A stretch of 64,000 bases of DNA from positions 88,926 to 152,925 of the forward strand of contig DAITOA010000001.1 of NCBI GenBank assembly GCA_036834365.1. The letters are read 5' to 3'. This stretch comes from Thermodesulfobacteriota bacterium (GTDB taxonomy: Bacteria > Desulfobacterota > Desulfomonilia > UBA1062). Below are positions 27,545-39,712 of the stretch, in pieces. The translations under genes and the position numbers were made by a program. The notes beneath the pieces are model-generated. The model worked only from the letters and a program-made list of their open reading frames with translations. It was not told the DNA's origin and ran no database searches. The stretch's first letter is position 1; every line of letters starts with the position of its first letter.

Positions 27545-28137
27545 TCATCCGGCATGAGCGAGGAGGCGCTCGCATTCCCTGACGATATCCGCATGCACCG
27601 CATCGCGGTCCTTGCCCGCATCGATGACCCTGTGACGGCTGTTCCGGGAGATGGTTAGGAATGCCTCCCTCAGCCTCCGGTGATACTCGATCCCCTGCCG
27701 CTCGAACCGGTCGGACGGGTCGATCCGCGCCAGCGCACGTTCCGGATTCAGGTCCATGACAAAGGTCAGGTCGGGTTCGACCCAGGTCCCGCTCATCTCC
27801 ATGAGGGATCGGACCCTTTCCAGGCCTATACCGCCCATGATACCCTGATACGCGAGGGTGGAATCGACGAACCGGTCGATGACGATGATCCTGCCGGAAG
27901 CCAGTCCGGGTTCGACGATCTCTCTGAGGTTCTGCCTCCGGGAGGCGAGGATCAGCATGAGCTCCGTCATGACGTCCATGCTTCCGCCCAGGAAGAGGCC
28001 GCGGATCTCCTCGGAAAGAGAAGAGCCGCCGGGCTCCCTTAAGGAGAGCCACGGCAGCCCTTTTCCGGTCAGAAAGGAGCAGAGGCGGGAGGCGTTCGTC
28101 GTCTTGCCGGCCCCCTCACCCCCTTCAAAGGTAATGA

Positions 28138-28141
<4 letters not shown>
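27545..28141 (-). CDS. tmk: Thymidylate kinase
   Basis: 'MIITFEGGEGAGKTT' P-loop and the dTMP kinase fold. Overlaps the ppdK stop by 4 bp. Confidence 0.9.
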
Positions 28142-30810
<2,669 letters not shown>

Positions 30811-30964
30811 GATATTCTCCCTCTTTCAGATACTGGTGATCGGGTTAAAGCCTGCAAACGATAGTATACATGGGGAGTTCTGTTCAAGTGAAAAATGGCA
30901 CCCCGTGCCTGTTTGTGCAGTAGGTGAAAACGTCCGGGTTTCGACAACGGGGCGAAAGACAGGT

Positions 30965-31034
30965 CTGCTCAACCCATGCATCTCGCGAACCCCACCTTTT
31001 TTAATGTCATCCGCGAGATGCATGGGTTGAGCAG
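30965..31034. repeat. Palindromic terminator-like element, copy A (23-bp perfect stem, 24-nt loop)
   Basis: CTGCTCAACCCATGCATCTCGCG / loop aaccccaccttttttaatgtcatc / CGCGAGATGCATGGGTTGAGCAG. Shares stem termini (CTGCTCA...CATCTCGCG) with copy B at 50585. Confidence 0.9.
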
Positions 31035-31069
31035 GTCAAGTTTCTGGTCCGGAGAGTCGTCTCGAGCCG

Positions 31070-32410
31070 TCACTGATTGAGGCCCAGAATCGATCGTGCA
31101 GCGATGATGCCGGAGCAGCTTGCCTGGATGAGGCCCCGGGTGATGCCGGCACCGTCGCCTATGACGTAGAGCCCGTCCATCTGGGAGCCAAGACTGCGGT
31201 CGAGTCTGATGCGATTGGAGTAGAACTTGACCTCGATGCCGTACAGGAGGGTATGGGCCGAGTTGACCCCGGGGGCGATACGGTCGAGACCGGAGAGCAT
31301 CTCCACGATGTCGGTGAGGATCCGGTACGGCAGGCAGTAGCTGAGGTCTCCCGGTGTGGCCTGCTTCAGGGTTGACCGGGTAGTGCATTTCTGGAGCCTG
31401 CCCTGGGTGGTCCGTCTGCCGCTCAGCAGGTCGCCAAGCCGCTGCACGATGACGCCCTTGCCCAGCATGTTGGCGAGCCTGGCCACCGATTCCCCGTAGC
31501 CGATCGGGTCGTCGAAGGGCTCGGTGAAGTTCGCGCTCACCAGCAGGGCGAAGTTGGTGTTCTCCGTGCGCTTGTTGGCCCAGGAATGGCCGTTGACCGT
31601 GACGATGTCACCCAGGGTCTCGATGACCACCTCGCCGTAGGGGTTCATGCAGAAGGTCCGCACCTTGTCGTCGAAGGTGCGCGAGTAGTGGATGTATTTG
31701 GTCTCGTAGGCCTTGCTGGTGAGGTGCTCCATGACCGCGGCGGGAAGCTCCACCCTCACGCCGAGGTCCACCGGGTTCGGATGGGTCTCGAGGCCGAGCT
31801 TCTTAGCCTGTCCGGACATCCATGAGGAGCCCACACGGCCCGGTGCCGCGATGATGCGAGGCGCTTGGATGACGGTCCCGTCCGACAGCTCCACCCCGGT
31901 GACGGCCCCGGCCCTGTGGAGGATCTCCTTTGCCATGGTGTTGAAGATCATGCGCACCCTGCCGTCGAGCTCATGCCGGAGCCTCTCGAGGATGACCAGG
32001 AGGTTCTCGGTGCCGATGTGTCGCACCCTGGTGGGCACATAGACGAGGCCTGACAGCCGCGCCTGGGCGGTCATGGCCTCGGCGTCGTCGCTGTCAACGG
32101 TGAACAGGTCTCCCGACGGGGCATATCCCGTATAGAGGCCGTCCACGTGCTCCAGGAGCCGGAGCAGCTCTTCGTCGGCCACCAGGCTCGACAGCTGGCC
32201 GCCCACATCGGTGGAGATGGTGAGCTTGCCGTCGCTGTATGCCCCGGCACCTCCCCATCCGACGAGCATCTCCCTGCCTGTCCTGGATCGGGCGTGGATA
32301 TCGTTGCCCTGCTCGATGATGACGATTTCCATGGACGGGTCGTTCAAGGCAAGCTCACGGGCTGCGAAGATGCCGGCAGGTCCTGCGCCGATGATGACGA
32401 CGTCAGCCAT
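31070..32410 (-). CDS. FAD-dependent oxidoreductase (COG2509-like uncharacterised FAD-dependent dehydrogenase)
   Basis: Rossmann 'MADVVIIGAGPAGIFAARELA' dinucleotide-binding motif. 446 aa. Confidence 0.6.
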   Translation of the reverse strand: MADVVIIGAGPAGIFAARELALNDPSMEIVIIEQGNDIHARSRTGREMLVGWGGAGAYSDGKLTISTDVGGQLSSLVADEELLRLLEHVDGLYTGYAPSGDLFTVDSDDAEAMTAQARLSGLVYVPTRVRHIGTENLLVILERLRHELDGRVRMIFNTMAKEILHRAGAVTGVELSDGTVIQAPRIIAAPGRVGSSWMSGQAKKLGLETHPNPVDLGVRVELPAAVMEHLTSKAYETKYIHYSRTFDDKVRTFCMNPYGEVVIETLGDIVTVNGHSWANKRTENTNFALLVSANFTEPFDDPIGYGESVARLANMLGKGVIVQRLGDLLSGRRTTQGRLQKCTTRSTLKQATPGDLSYCLPYRILTDIVEMLSGLDRIAPGVNSAHTLLYGIEVKFYSNRIRLDRSLGSQMDGLYVIGDGAGITRGLIQASCSGIIAARSILGLNQ

Positions 32411-33569
32411 AGGTGGCCCTCCTCCTTCTCATAAGGATAACGCCCGCTGCCATGGCTGCAAGGTCGGCAGACCATGCGGCCAGGGCGGGATGGATATATC
32501 CGGACATTCCTGCACTGGTCATGGCGGAGTGGACGGCCCAGTATACGAGGCCCAGCACGATCCCGACGGATATGCCCCTCGCTATGCCCCCGGCCCTCGG
32601 GAAGCGCAGGCCGAAGGGAAGCACCAGGAGGGTCATGATGAGCGGCGCCATGGCGAAGCTGATCCGGCTGTGGATCTGCGTATCCAGGTTTACCGACCGT
32701 ATTCCGCCCTCCCGCAGGTGCTTGCGGTATGCCAGGAGTTCGCCCAGGGTCAGCACGTCCGGGCTCGGCTGTGCTATGGCCAGGTCGGACGGAGGGTGTG
32801 CGAGCGGCAGGATGGATTCGCCGTGGTCGACGGATATGTTACCCGGAGACAGGCGTATAGTCTCCAGGTTCGGGGAATGCCAGGTCCGTCCGTTCCACGT
32901 TGCGGTGTCGGCGCGCAGGATGGTCGTGATCCTTCCTTCTCTGATCCGGTAACAGGTGATATTCCTGATGATCCCGTGGGGAATGTCGACATGCTGAACC
33001 CGATAGATGTCCCCGCCGATCTTGAATCTCCCGCCGTGGACGGAGAATGACCCCTCGACGCCCCTCTTCTTGATGGACACCTGCTCGATCTTCTCCGCCT
33101 CTCTCTGGGCCAGGGGGTAGATGGAGAAGGACAGCGCCGCCATGATGAGAACGGCGATGAGGCTTACCGTGAGATAGGGGATGGACAGCCTGGCGAAGGA
33201 GACCGAGCATGCCTGCATGGCGATGGTTTCCACATGGCGGGAAAAGGATGCCTGGGTGGCGATGATGCCCACGCATACGGAGAACGGGAGGACCCAGTGG
33301 ATCATCTGTGGCGTGGAACAGAGCATGAACCTCGCAATAACCGCGCCGCTGGCGTCGTAGTCGTTGAAGAGGCCGATGTTGCCCAGAAATACCGACGCGA
33401 AGACGAGGAGCGACAGGCTGAGCCAGGACGCGGCGCACATGAAGGCGGCCTTGGAGAAGACGTATCTGTTCAGGGTGCCCGTAGTCAGCCCTCCCTCACT
33501 CTGAAGCCCAGGGCCCGCCATATCCATACGGACATCAGGGCAGCAGCGAATATCATGTTCGGGAGCCAT
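32403..33569 (-). CDS. lptG: LptF/LptG-family LPS export permease
   Basis: YjgP/YjgQ family: 'RYVFSKAAFMCAASWLSLSLLVFASVFLGNIG', six TM helices and a periplasmic beta-jellyroll. It is the second of two tandem paralogues. Confidence 0.75.
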   Translation of the reverse strand: MAPEHDIRCCPDVRMDMAGPGLQSEGGLTTGTLNRYVFSKAAFMCAASWLSLSLLVFASVFLGNIGLFNDYDASGAVIARFMLCSTPQMIHWVLPFSVCVGIIATQASFSRHVETIAMQACSVSFARLSIPYLTVSLIAVLIMAALSFSIYPLAQREAEKIEQVSIKKRGVEGSFSVHGGRFKIGGDIYRVQHVDIPHGIIRNITCYRIREGRITTILRADTATWNGRTWHSPNLETIRLSPGNISVDHGESILPLAHPPSDLAIAQPSPDVLTLGELLAYRKHLREGGIRSVNLDTQIHSRISFAMAPLIMTLLVLPFGLRFPRAGGIARGISVGIVLGLVYWAVHSAMTSAGMSGYIHPALAAWSADLAAMAAGVILMRRRRATYG

Positions 33570-34540
33570 GCTCCGAATATGGGGTTCATGGCCCCGGATT
33601 TGACCATGCGGTCTGAAAAGACAAAGACGAGGTAGTACCCGATCACTGTGGCAAGGCCGACGATGAACCCCGTGAACCGGGGGGATCGGGGTTTCTGGAT
33701 GCCGAAGCTGATGCCGATCAGCCCCAGGATGAGGTTGAAGAGAGGAAAGGCATAGCGGTTGTGATACTCCTTGATCCTCTTCGGGGTTGCTTTCTCTTTC
33801 AGGAGGTTCCTGAACTCAGGCTGAGTCGCCGTGTCGTACGATTTTATCCGGAGCTGCGATGCAAGGTCGGCCTCGAGGGTGAAGACATATTCGTCAAAGG
33901 TCAGTGAACGGTCGGCCTGCCGGGTGCTCATGAACACGCTGCCGTTCTTCAGTTGCATGGTGATGGCCCCGCTGGTCGCCTCGATGGTACCCTTCTCCGC
34001 GGATATCACCGTGTCCTCACGACCCGAGGTTTCGATATAGATCCCCTTGAGCTGCTTCTTCTTCTGGTTCACCGCATCCACGTACACGATAATGTCTTTG
34101 AAGGTGTCATTGAACTCCCCTTCCTCCAGGAAGGCGAGGATCTTCTTGGGGGCCTCCTGTGCCAGGTCCGTCTGGATCTTCTTCATGGAAAGCGGGCCCA
34201 GATAGGTCGATATGGAGACGTGGATCAGGAGGCAGATCACCGAAAGGAACAGGAACGGCGCATACAGGGTGGCGGAGCGTACTCCGCACGCCTTTATGGC
34301 TATGATCTCGGACTCCACGGAGAGTCTCTCCAGGACGAGGAGGATGGAGAAGAGCAGACCCATGGGGATCACGAATGCCGACATGGGGACCATGGCCAGC
34401 AGCAGGATGTCCACATCCCTGATGGTAACGGCCTTGCCGATGCGGATCCACTGCACGATCATCATGACGCCGTAGAGTATGGCAAGGGTCCCGATGAAGA
34501 TCTCGATGAGCTGGGAGAAGAGATACCGTTTGATCCTCAT
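33485..34540 (-). CDS. lptF: LptF/LptG-family LPS export permease
   Basis: 'MRIKRYLFSQLIEIFIGTLAILYGVMMIVQW' YjgP/YjgQ family. It is the first of two tandem paralogues. Confidence 0.75.
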   Translation of the reverse strand: MRIKRYLFSQLIEIFIGTLAILYGVMMIVQWIRIGKAVTIRDVDILLLAMVPMSAFVIPMGLLFSILLVLERLSVESEIIAIKACGVRSATLYAPFLFLSVICLLIHVSISTYLGPLSMKKIQTDLAQEAPKKILAFLEEGEFNDTFKDIIVYVDAVNQKKKQLKGIYIETSGREDTVISAEKGTIEATSGAITMQLKNGSVFMSTRQADRSLTFDEYVFTLEADLASQLRIKSYDTATQPEFRNLLKEKATPKRIKEYHNRYAFPLFNLILGLIGISFGIQKPRSPRFTGFIVGLATVIGYYLVFVFSDRMVKSGAMNPIFGAWLPNMIFAAALMSVWIWRALGFRVREG

Positions 34541-34660
34541 ATTGACCGTGATTATAGACCGGTGCGTTGAATTTTGTCCACACCCGCGGACTCCGACCCG
34601 GGTGCGCCCGGCGTGCTCGCGATTGACACATCCCGGAGAAGACGGTATGGTGTCTCACAA

Positions 34661-35458
34661 ATGAAGAGAATATTTACCTTTTTTCTTGCCTTGGCCGTGT
34701 TCGCCGGCATGCTCGGGTGTGCGCACCGGCACACCGAAGAAGAATATCGGGCCGTTCAGGCGGAGCTGGGCGCGTGCAGGAAGCAGTATGAGGAAAGCCA
34801 GGCAGAGAAGACCCGACTGGAAAACGACCTGAAGGAATCCCTCCGGAAGCTCGAGAAGGCATCTGAGGACATTACTGCAGGGTACTCCAACAAGCAGGAT
34901 CTTCTCGACAGCAATATCGAATGCATGGATGAGAACAGGGCGCTGCTCAAACAGCTCTCCAAGTTCAAGGTGATCACCCAGGAGCGTAAGGATGCCGAGT
35001 GGAGGCTGAACAAGGCCAGTGATAACCTCGTGGAATTTCTCGCCTCCGAGCGCATGAACGACCAGCTCTATATCGTCAAGGCCGAGAATGCCGTGAAGGT
35101 CATCATCCCGCAGCGCTCACTCTTTCCGGCGTCCTCCAGTGCATGGCTCATGCCGAAAGGGGCCGTGCTCATCAAAAAGATCGCCAAGGGGGTGGAAGGG
35201 CTCAAGCCGCTCACCATAGCGGTGGCAGGCCATACCGATGGCGTGCCGCTTCCCCGGGCCATCATGAAGACATACCCGAGCCAGTGGGATCTCGGCTTTG
35301 CACGGGCGGTCTCCGTGCTCCTCGCCCTCGAGAATGCGGGGATCGCCAGGGACAAGCTCTCGGCCGTTTCCTATGGGGATACCAGACCCATCGCCGATAC
35401 GAACACCGAGGAGGGGAAGGCCATGAACAGGCGCGTGGAGATTGTCATCACGCCGTAG
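34661..35458 (+). CDS. OmpA/MotB-domain lipoprotein with long coiled-coil
   Basis: Lipoprotein signal 'MKRIFTFFLALAVFAGMLGC', a ~120-aa coiled-coil segment, and a C-terminal OmpA-like peptidoglycan-binding domain 'AVAGHTDGVPL..NRRVEIVI'. Confidence 0.75.
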   Translation: MKRIFTFFLALAVFAGMLGCAHRHTEEEYRAVQAELGACRKQYEESQAEKTRLENDLKESLRKLEKASEDITAGYSNKQDLLDSNIECMDENRALLKQLSKFKVITQERKDAEWRLNKASDNLVEFLASERMNDQLYIVKAENAVKVIIPQRSLFPASSSAWLMPKGAVLIKKIAKGVEGLKPLTIAVAGHTDGVPLPRAIMKTYPSQWDLGFARAVSVLLALENAGIARDKLSAVSYGDTRPIADTNTEEGKAMNRRVEIVITP

Positions 35459-37391
35459 GGGAAGATGGATCTTTTTCCCCTGCCTTTTTGAGCTTCGGTC
35501 TTCTCCTGATCTTCGCCACCATCACTCTCGTATGGTCCCGTATATCGACGTTTCTGTCCCCGAACCTCCATGCCAGGTAGGTTTCGAGGTAGTCCCGGAA
35601 CTCGCGGCCAAGGATGGGGTCCGCCCCGGTCACGGTGTCCAGGTGGTCCTCGTGGGTGCTGTTCGCCCTGAGGCGGATGCCCTTGCGGACGAGTGCCCTG
35701 CGCACTTTCTCGTAGGGTTGGAGCATGGAGTTCCTGAGAAAGAGATATGCAGCCAGGAGCGCCGAACAGATCCCGAACAGGACCAGTATGTGGGTCGTCA
35801 GGTTCTCGAGCTGTCTGGTGATGCGGGGGGCCGTATGGAAGGCCCTGAGGGCGATGTGGATCTGGTCGTCCAGGGAGTATTCAATGACCCACCTGATCCA
35901 CCTGAACCGGAGCTCGTCGAGGAGGTGGAGCCGTAGGACCCCAGCGGCACGACCGGCGGGGGTGGCATCGATGGTGCGCCACGTCCTGTCCCAGTACTCC
36001 ACCCAGGCATGAGCATCCGCAGCCCTGACGATGTAGTAGTTCCCGTTTTCATTATACTCGGTTACATGGAACCCCGTGACGACCCGGGCCGGGATGCCGC
36101 ATCCCCTGAGCATGGCGGCGAGTGCGGAGGCGAAGTGCTCGCAGGTACCGCTCTGTCCTGACGTCACGAACCATTCTATGCCTCCCCTGCCCCGGGGCGC
36201 CGCAAGGGGGGTCAGCGAATAACGGTACCGTGTCCGGAGGTATCGGGCGATGCGTTCCGCCCTGATCATGGCGCTTCCCTGCCCTGCAATGCGAAGCCCG
36301 AGATCCGTAACCGCAGCCAGGCCTTCCGGGACCTTCGTGCTTCCCGGTGTGGAAGGTCCGGGGATCCGGCTCACCCAGAGGTCGTACCGGGGTGGAGGTC
36401 CGGTGGTCCAGTAGAGGTTCGTGCCCTTGACGACATAGAGCTCGGGATGGATGTCGTGAAACCAGAACGGGAAAAGGACGTTTTCTGAGACGAGGGAGGC
36501 CGGATAGACGCTGAGTCTGTCGGTAGTCCTGTTCGAAACGGGTGCGGCGGACCCCCTCGTTCCCTGTTTGAAGAAGCCGTCGGGGGATATCCCCTCGAGG
36601 CGTGCGCCTGAGAGGTAGAAATCCCTCGGGGGCTGGCCCCAGGTCCAGATGATCCGCATGATGATTGCCGTACTGTTGCTGACCCTGTCGGAGGATTTCA
36701 GGTCCACGTCTTCCGTGAAGGAATACCTGTTCTGCTGTGCGAGGCTGTGCCGGATGAGGGATGACGCAGGCCTTGGAAGAACATAGAAGAGGATACTTGA
36801 GGTCAGGACGATCCCCAGGGCGACCGCCGTCCAGTGCATGGCGCCCATGCGCCTCATGTCCGCCGCCGGAGAGAACAGATGGGCATCGAGGGCGCTCAGT
36901 GTCATCGGAACCAGGAGGATCATCGGGATGAGGCCGAGGAGAAACAGGGGACTGATGGTGAAGATGGTGGCGAGCATGCACTGGGAAAAGGCTATCCCGA
37001 CCATCTGATACATCTCTCTCGGAGATTTCTTCATGAGGAGCCTGGCCGTGGCAAGGAGCAGGATGAGGTCACGGAGTGCGGGAACCACGGAGTCGCCCCC
37101 GACTGAGGAGATTCGCCAGGCCTCGAGACTCCCCGCAGCCAGGATGACCGCCAGGGCAAGGCCCTTGCCCATGACCCCGCGGTCGAAGTACCGGCGCCAT
37201 ACGATCAGGTGTATCCCTGCAAGCAAGAGGAATATACCCCAGTTCAGGAGGTTCGAGAGGCTCAGGCAGAGCATCCCGGCCGCGGACGTGCAGACGACCA
37301 GCAGCTTCAGATTCTCAGGGGTATCAGATGTATATGATGTGTGCTTCATTGGGCAATGTCTCGATGGAGGGCTGGTGAATCGTGTCCGCAA
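35448..37391 (-). CDS. Transglutaminase-like (TgpA-type) membrane protein: DUF3488, transglutaminase core, DUF4129
   Basis: N-terminal multi-TM region and a transglutaminase core with the catalytic Cys in 'GTCEHFASALAAMLRGCGIPARVVTGF'. Confidence 0.75.
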   Translation of the reverse strand: MRTRFTSPPSRHCPMKHTSYTSDTPENLKLLVVCTSAAGMLCLSLSNLLNWGIFLLLAGIHLIVWRRYFDRGVMGKGLALAVILAAGSLEAWRISSVGGDSVVPALRDLILLLATARLLMKKSPREMYQMVGIAFSQCMLATIFTISPLFLLGLIPMILLVPMTLSALDAHLFSPAADMRRMGAMHWTAVALGIVLTSSILFYVLPRPASSLIRHSLAQQNRYSFTEDVDLKSSDRVSNSTAIIMRIIWTWGQPPRDFYLSGARLEGISPDGFFKQGTRGSAAPVSNRTTDRLSVYPASLVSENVLFPFWFHDIHPELYVVKGTNLYWTTGPPPRYDLWVSRIPGPSTPGSTKVPEGLAAVTDLGLRIAGQGSAMIRAERIARYLRTRYRYSLTPLAAPRGRGGIEWFVTSGQSGTCEHFASALAAMLRGCGIPARVVTGFHVTEYNENGNYYIVRAADAHAWVEYWDRTWRTIDATPAGRAAGVLRLHLLDELRFRWIRWVIEYSLDDQIHIALRAFHTAPRITRQLENLTTHILVLFGICSALLAAYLFLRNSMLQPYEKVRRALVRKGIRLRANSTHEDHLDTVTGADPILGREFRDYLETYLAWRFGDRNVDIRDHTRVMVAKIRRRPKLKKAGEKDPSSPTA

Positions 37392-38247
37392 GGGCCAGGC
37401 TGGTGAGCATCCTGATCTTGTGTTCCCGGGAGAGGGCTATGCCGCTGTAGTGGTTGTTCAGGAGAAGGCCGATGGGTCTCCCCATGCGGTGGAGCTCGGC
37501 TATAACATAGGCGGCATGAGAGAGTTTCGTCTCCATGTCGGCACCGGGAAGCAGGACCACCACACCGTTCATGCCCGATCCTCCCTCCATCACGCGGGAG
37601 ACGAGGCCCAGGTGCTGCTTCTTCCATACCACCGTGGAGAGGGGATCGCCGGGTGCATAAGGCCTGACATGGGAGATGGAGTCGTGCGCCTTCCCTCCAC
37701 CTGAGTCCCGAACTCCCGATACGGGCGGCGTGGCGAATATCAGCGGGCGAGGAAACACGATGACCTCCCCGGCGGCGGAAAAGGTGATGGACTTCTCGAA
37801 GAGGCCGTAGGGATAGGTCGTCGACACGACGATGTCGCCGAGCGCAGCCCTCCCCCTGGCGTGAAAGGTCGCATCCATATGGAGCAGTTGGGTCTCCTGC
37901 CTGTGCAGTTCGGTGATCTTCATGCGGGAATGATCGCTCAGCACGAGCCGGGATGATCCGTTCCGGGTGTTCCTGACGAGGTAGCCTATTCTGGCGGGAG
38001 TCTGTGCGTGGATCTCGGTGGGCAGAACCCTGTCAAGCTCCACATGGCGCAGGTTCATCTCGGACTCGATGCCCGAGACGATCATGAACGCCAGCATGCC
38101 TGCGAGCATCAGGTACAGGAGGTTGTTCCCGGTGGAAAGGGAGATGACGATGAGACAGACGAGGAAGAAGAAAAAGATCTTCCCCGCCTTGGTCAGTCTG
38201 AATCCCCGCGGGGGCTTGAGATATTTAAAGAGGGAGGTCAACCTCAT
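37324..38247 (-). CDS. DUF58 family protein (vWA-like; MoxR partner)
   Basis: N-terminal TM segment 'KIFFFFLVCLIVISLSTGNNLLYLMLAGMLAFMIV' followed by a DUF58/vWA-like domain. Encoded directly downstream of the MoxR ATPase. Confidence 0.7.
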   Translation of the reverse strand: MRLTSLFKYLKPPRGFRLTKAGKIFFFFLVCLIVISLSTGNNLLYLMLAGMLAFMIVSGIESEMNLRHVELDRVLPTEIHAQTPARIGYLVRNTRNGSSRLVLSDHSRMKITELHRQETQLLHMDATFHARGRAALGDIVVSTTYPYGLFEKSITFSAAGEVIVFPRPLIFATPPVSGVRDSGGGKAHDSISHVRPYAPGDPLSTVVWKKQHLGLVSRVMEGGSGMNGVVVLLPGADMETKLSHAAYVIAELHRMGRPIGLLLNNHYSGIALSREHKIRMLTSLALADTIHQPSIETLPNEAHIIYI

Positions 38248-39181
38248 CGAGTATGGTCTCTATGATGCCGCCAGCGGCTCCGTTCTTGGATATTATGCGG
38301 TGCTCGAGCACATGGGGCGCCATGCGCCTGACATCTCCCGGTGTTATGAAGTCCCTTCCGTCGATGAATGCCCATGCCTGGGATGCCCTTTTCAGTGCGA
38401 GTCCTCCCCTGGGTGAGACGCCGAGCTCGATGTGGGGGTGTGCCCTGGTGGCCCGCACGATCCGGGTGATGTAGGAGAGGATTTCAGGATGAACCTTGAT
38501 ACCGGAGGCGGCATCGATGAGGGAGAGCACCTCCTCTCGCTCCATCATGGGACTGAGCTTCAGTGCATCGGAGTGGTCGATATCCTTTCTGAGGATCTCG
38601 GTTTCCTCCTCCAGGGGGGGGTATCCGACGTTTACCTTGATGAGAAACCTGTCCAGCTGGCTTTCCGGGAGGGGAAAGGTCCCCACGATCTCGGCGGGAT
38701 TCTGGGTGGCGATGACCATGAAGGGTTCGGGAAGCTTGTAGGTGATGCCATCGATGGTGACCTGCTTCTCCTCCATGGCCTCGAGCAGGGCCGACTGGGT
38801 TTTGGGGGATGTCCTGTTGATCTCGTCGGCCAGGACGATGCTGGCGAACACGGGGCCCTTGACCAATTCCAGTGATGAAGCGCCGCTTCTGAAGGTATGG
38901 AAGCCCGTTACGTCGGAAGGCAGCATGTCGTTGGTGAACTGTATACGTTTGAAGCTCAGGTGGAGGAGCTGGGCGAGCGATATGGCTATCAGGGTCTTGC
39001 CCACCCCGGGCACGCCTTCCAGGAGTACATGGCCCCCGGACAGGAGTGCCGCCAGGACGCATCTCAGGACCTCGTCCTGGCCTAGGTAGACGTCGTGCAT
39101 CTTGAAGATGATGTCATGAATCTTCTTGGGGTTGTCCATGGGGTGATCCATCCTTCCAGATGACCTATCGGTATTCTTCAT
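38225..39181 (-). CDS. MoxR-family AAA+ ATPase
   Basis: 'IHDIIFKMHDVYLGQDEVLRCVLAALLSGGHVLLEGVPGVGKTLIAISLAQLL' is MoxR Walker A, and the AAA_3 family lid is present. Confidence 0.9.
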   Translation of the reverse strand: MKNTDRSSGRMDHPMDNPKKIHDIIFKMHDVYLGQDEVLRCVLAALLSGGHVLLEGVPGVGKTLIAISLAQLLHLSFKRIQFTNDMLPSDVTGFHTFRSGASSLELVKGPVFASIVLADEINRTSPKTQSALLEAMEEKQVTIDGITYKLPEPFMVIATQNPAEIVGTFPLPESQLDRFLIKVNVGYPPLEEETEILRKDIDHSDALKLSPMMEREEVLSLIDAASGIKVHPEILSYITRIVRATRAHPHIELGVSPRGGLALKRASQAWAFIDGRDFITPGDVRRMAPHVLEHRIISKNGAAGGIIETILDEVDLPL

Positions 39182-39370
39182 GTCTTTCTATGAGAAGGAA
39201 GGGACGATTTCAAGGGTCCTCTCATCGAGCCGCCCGGGTAATGAACCTGGGAGGATATGAATGTGAACGGGAGGCTTCTCCCTGAGGGCCTTTCGGGTTC
39301 GGGACAAGGGGAAGGCACCCCCGGCTGAGTCAAAGAATCAGGAAAAGTTCAGGGGATGCAGGACTCTCCG

Positions 39371-39619
39371 TCACTCATCCGGGAGAAGCTTCCTGACCTT
39401 TTCCAGGAGCTCATGGATCTCTTTCTCGCGGGTCTTCAGGTAATCGCGGTAATCGAACGACATGCGTGCATGGTGGATCTCGATGCGTGTGGTGAGCTCC
39501 TCCCTCTTCAGGAGCATCTTGATGAGAGCCAGCTCTTCCTTGGAAGTCTCCAGGTTCATCATATCGGGCTCCTTTCCTTGGTATACCCTGCTTCGCCGGG
39601 ACGCAGGGCAATCCTCCAC
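39371..39619 (-). CDS. Hypothetical small charged helical protein
   Basis: 82-aa ORF (probably starts at the internal MMNLETSKEE..) divergent from the histidine kinase gene. No recognisable family, and an overlapping plus-strand ORF is equally possible. Confidence 0.25.
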   Translation of the reverse strand: MEDCPASRRSRVYQGKEPDMMNLETSKEELALIKMLLKREELTTRIEIHHARMSFDYRDYLKTREKEIHELLEKVRKLLPDE

Positions 39620-39712
39620 AGTTCACCTGATAGTTATATAATCACCATGGAACTGTGAGGGAAGATCTGATATAAAGTTTGTGCTTGAATTTTCCGATGT
39701 TCCACGTGAAGG

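Noticed and set aside
39356-39658. Plus-strand 100-aa ORF overlapping the small minus-strand ORF upstream of the histidine kinase
   Set aside because: Neither overlapping ORF has family support. The minus-strand one has a more protein-like charged, helical composition, so only that one is listed, at low confidence.
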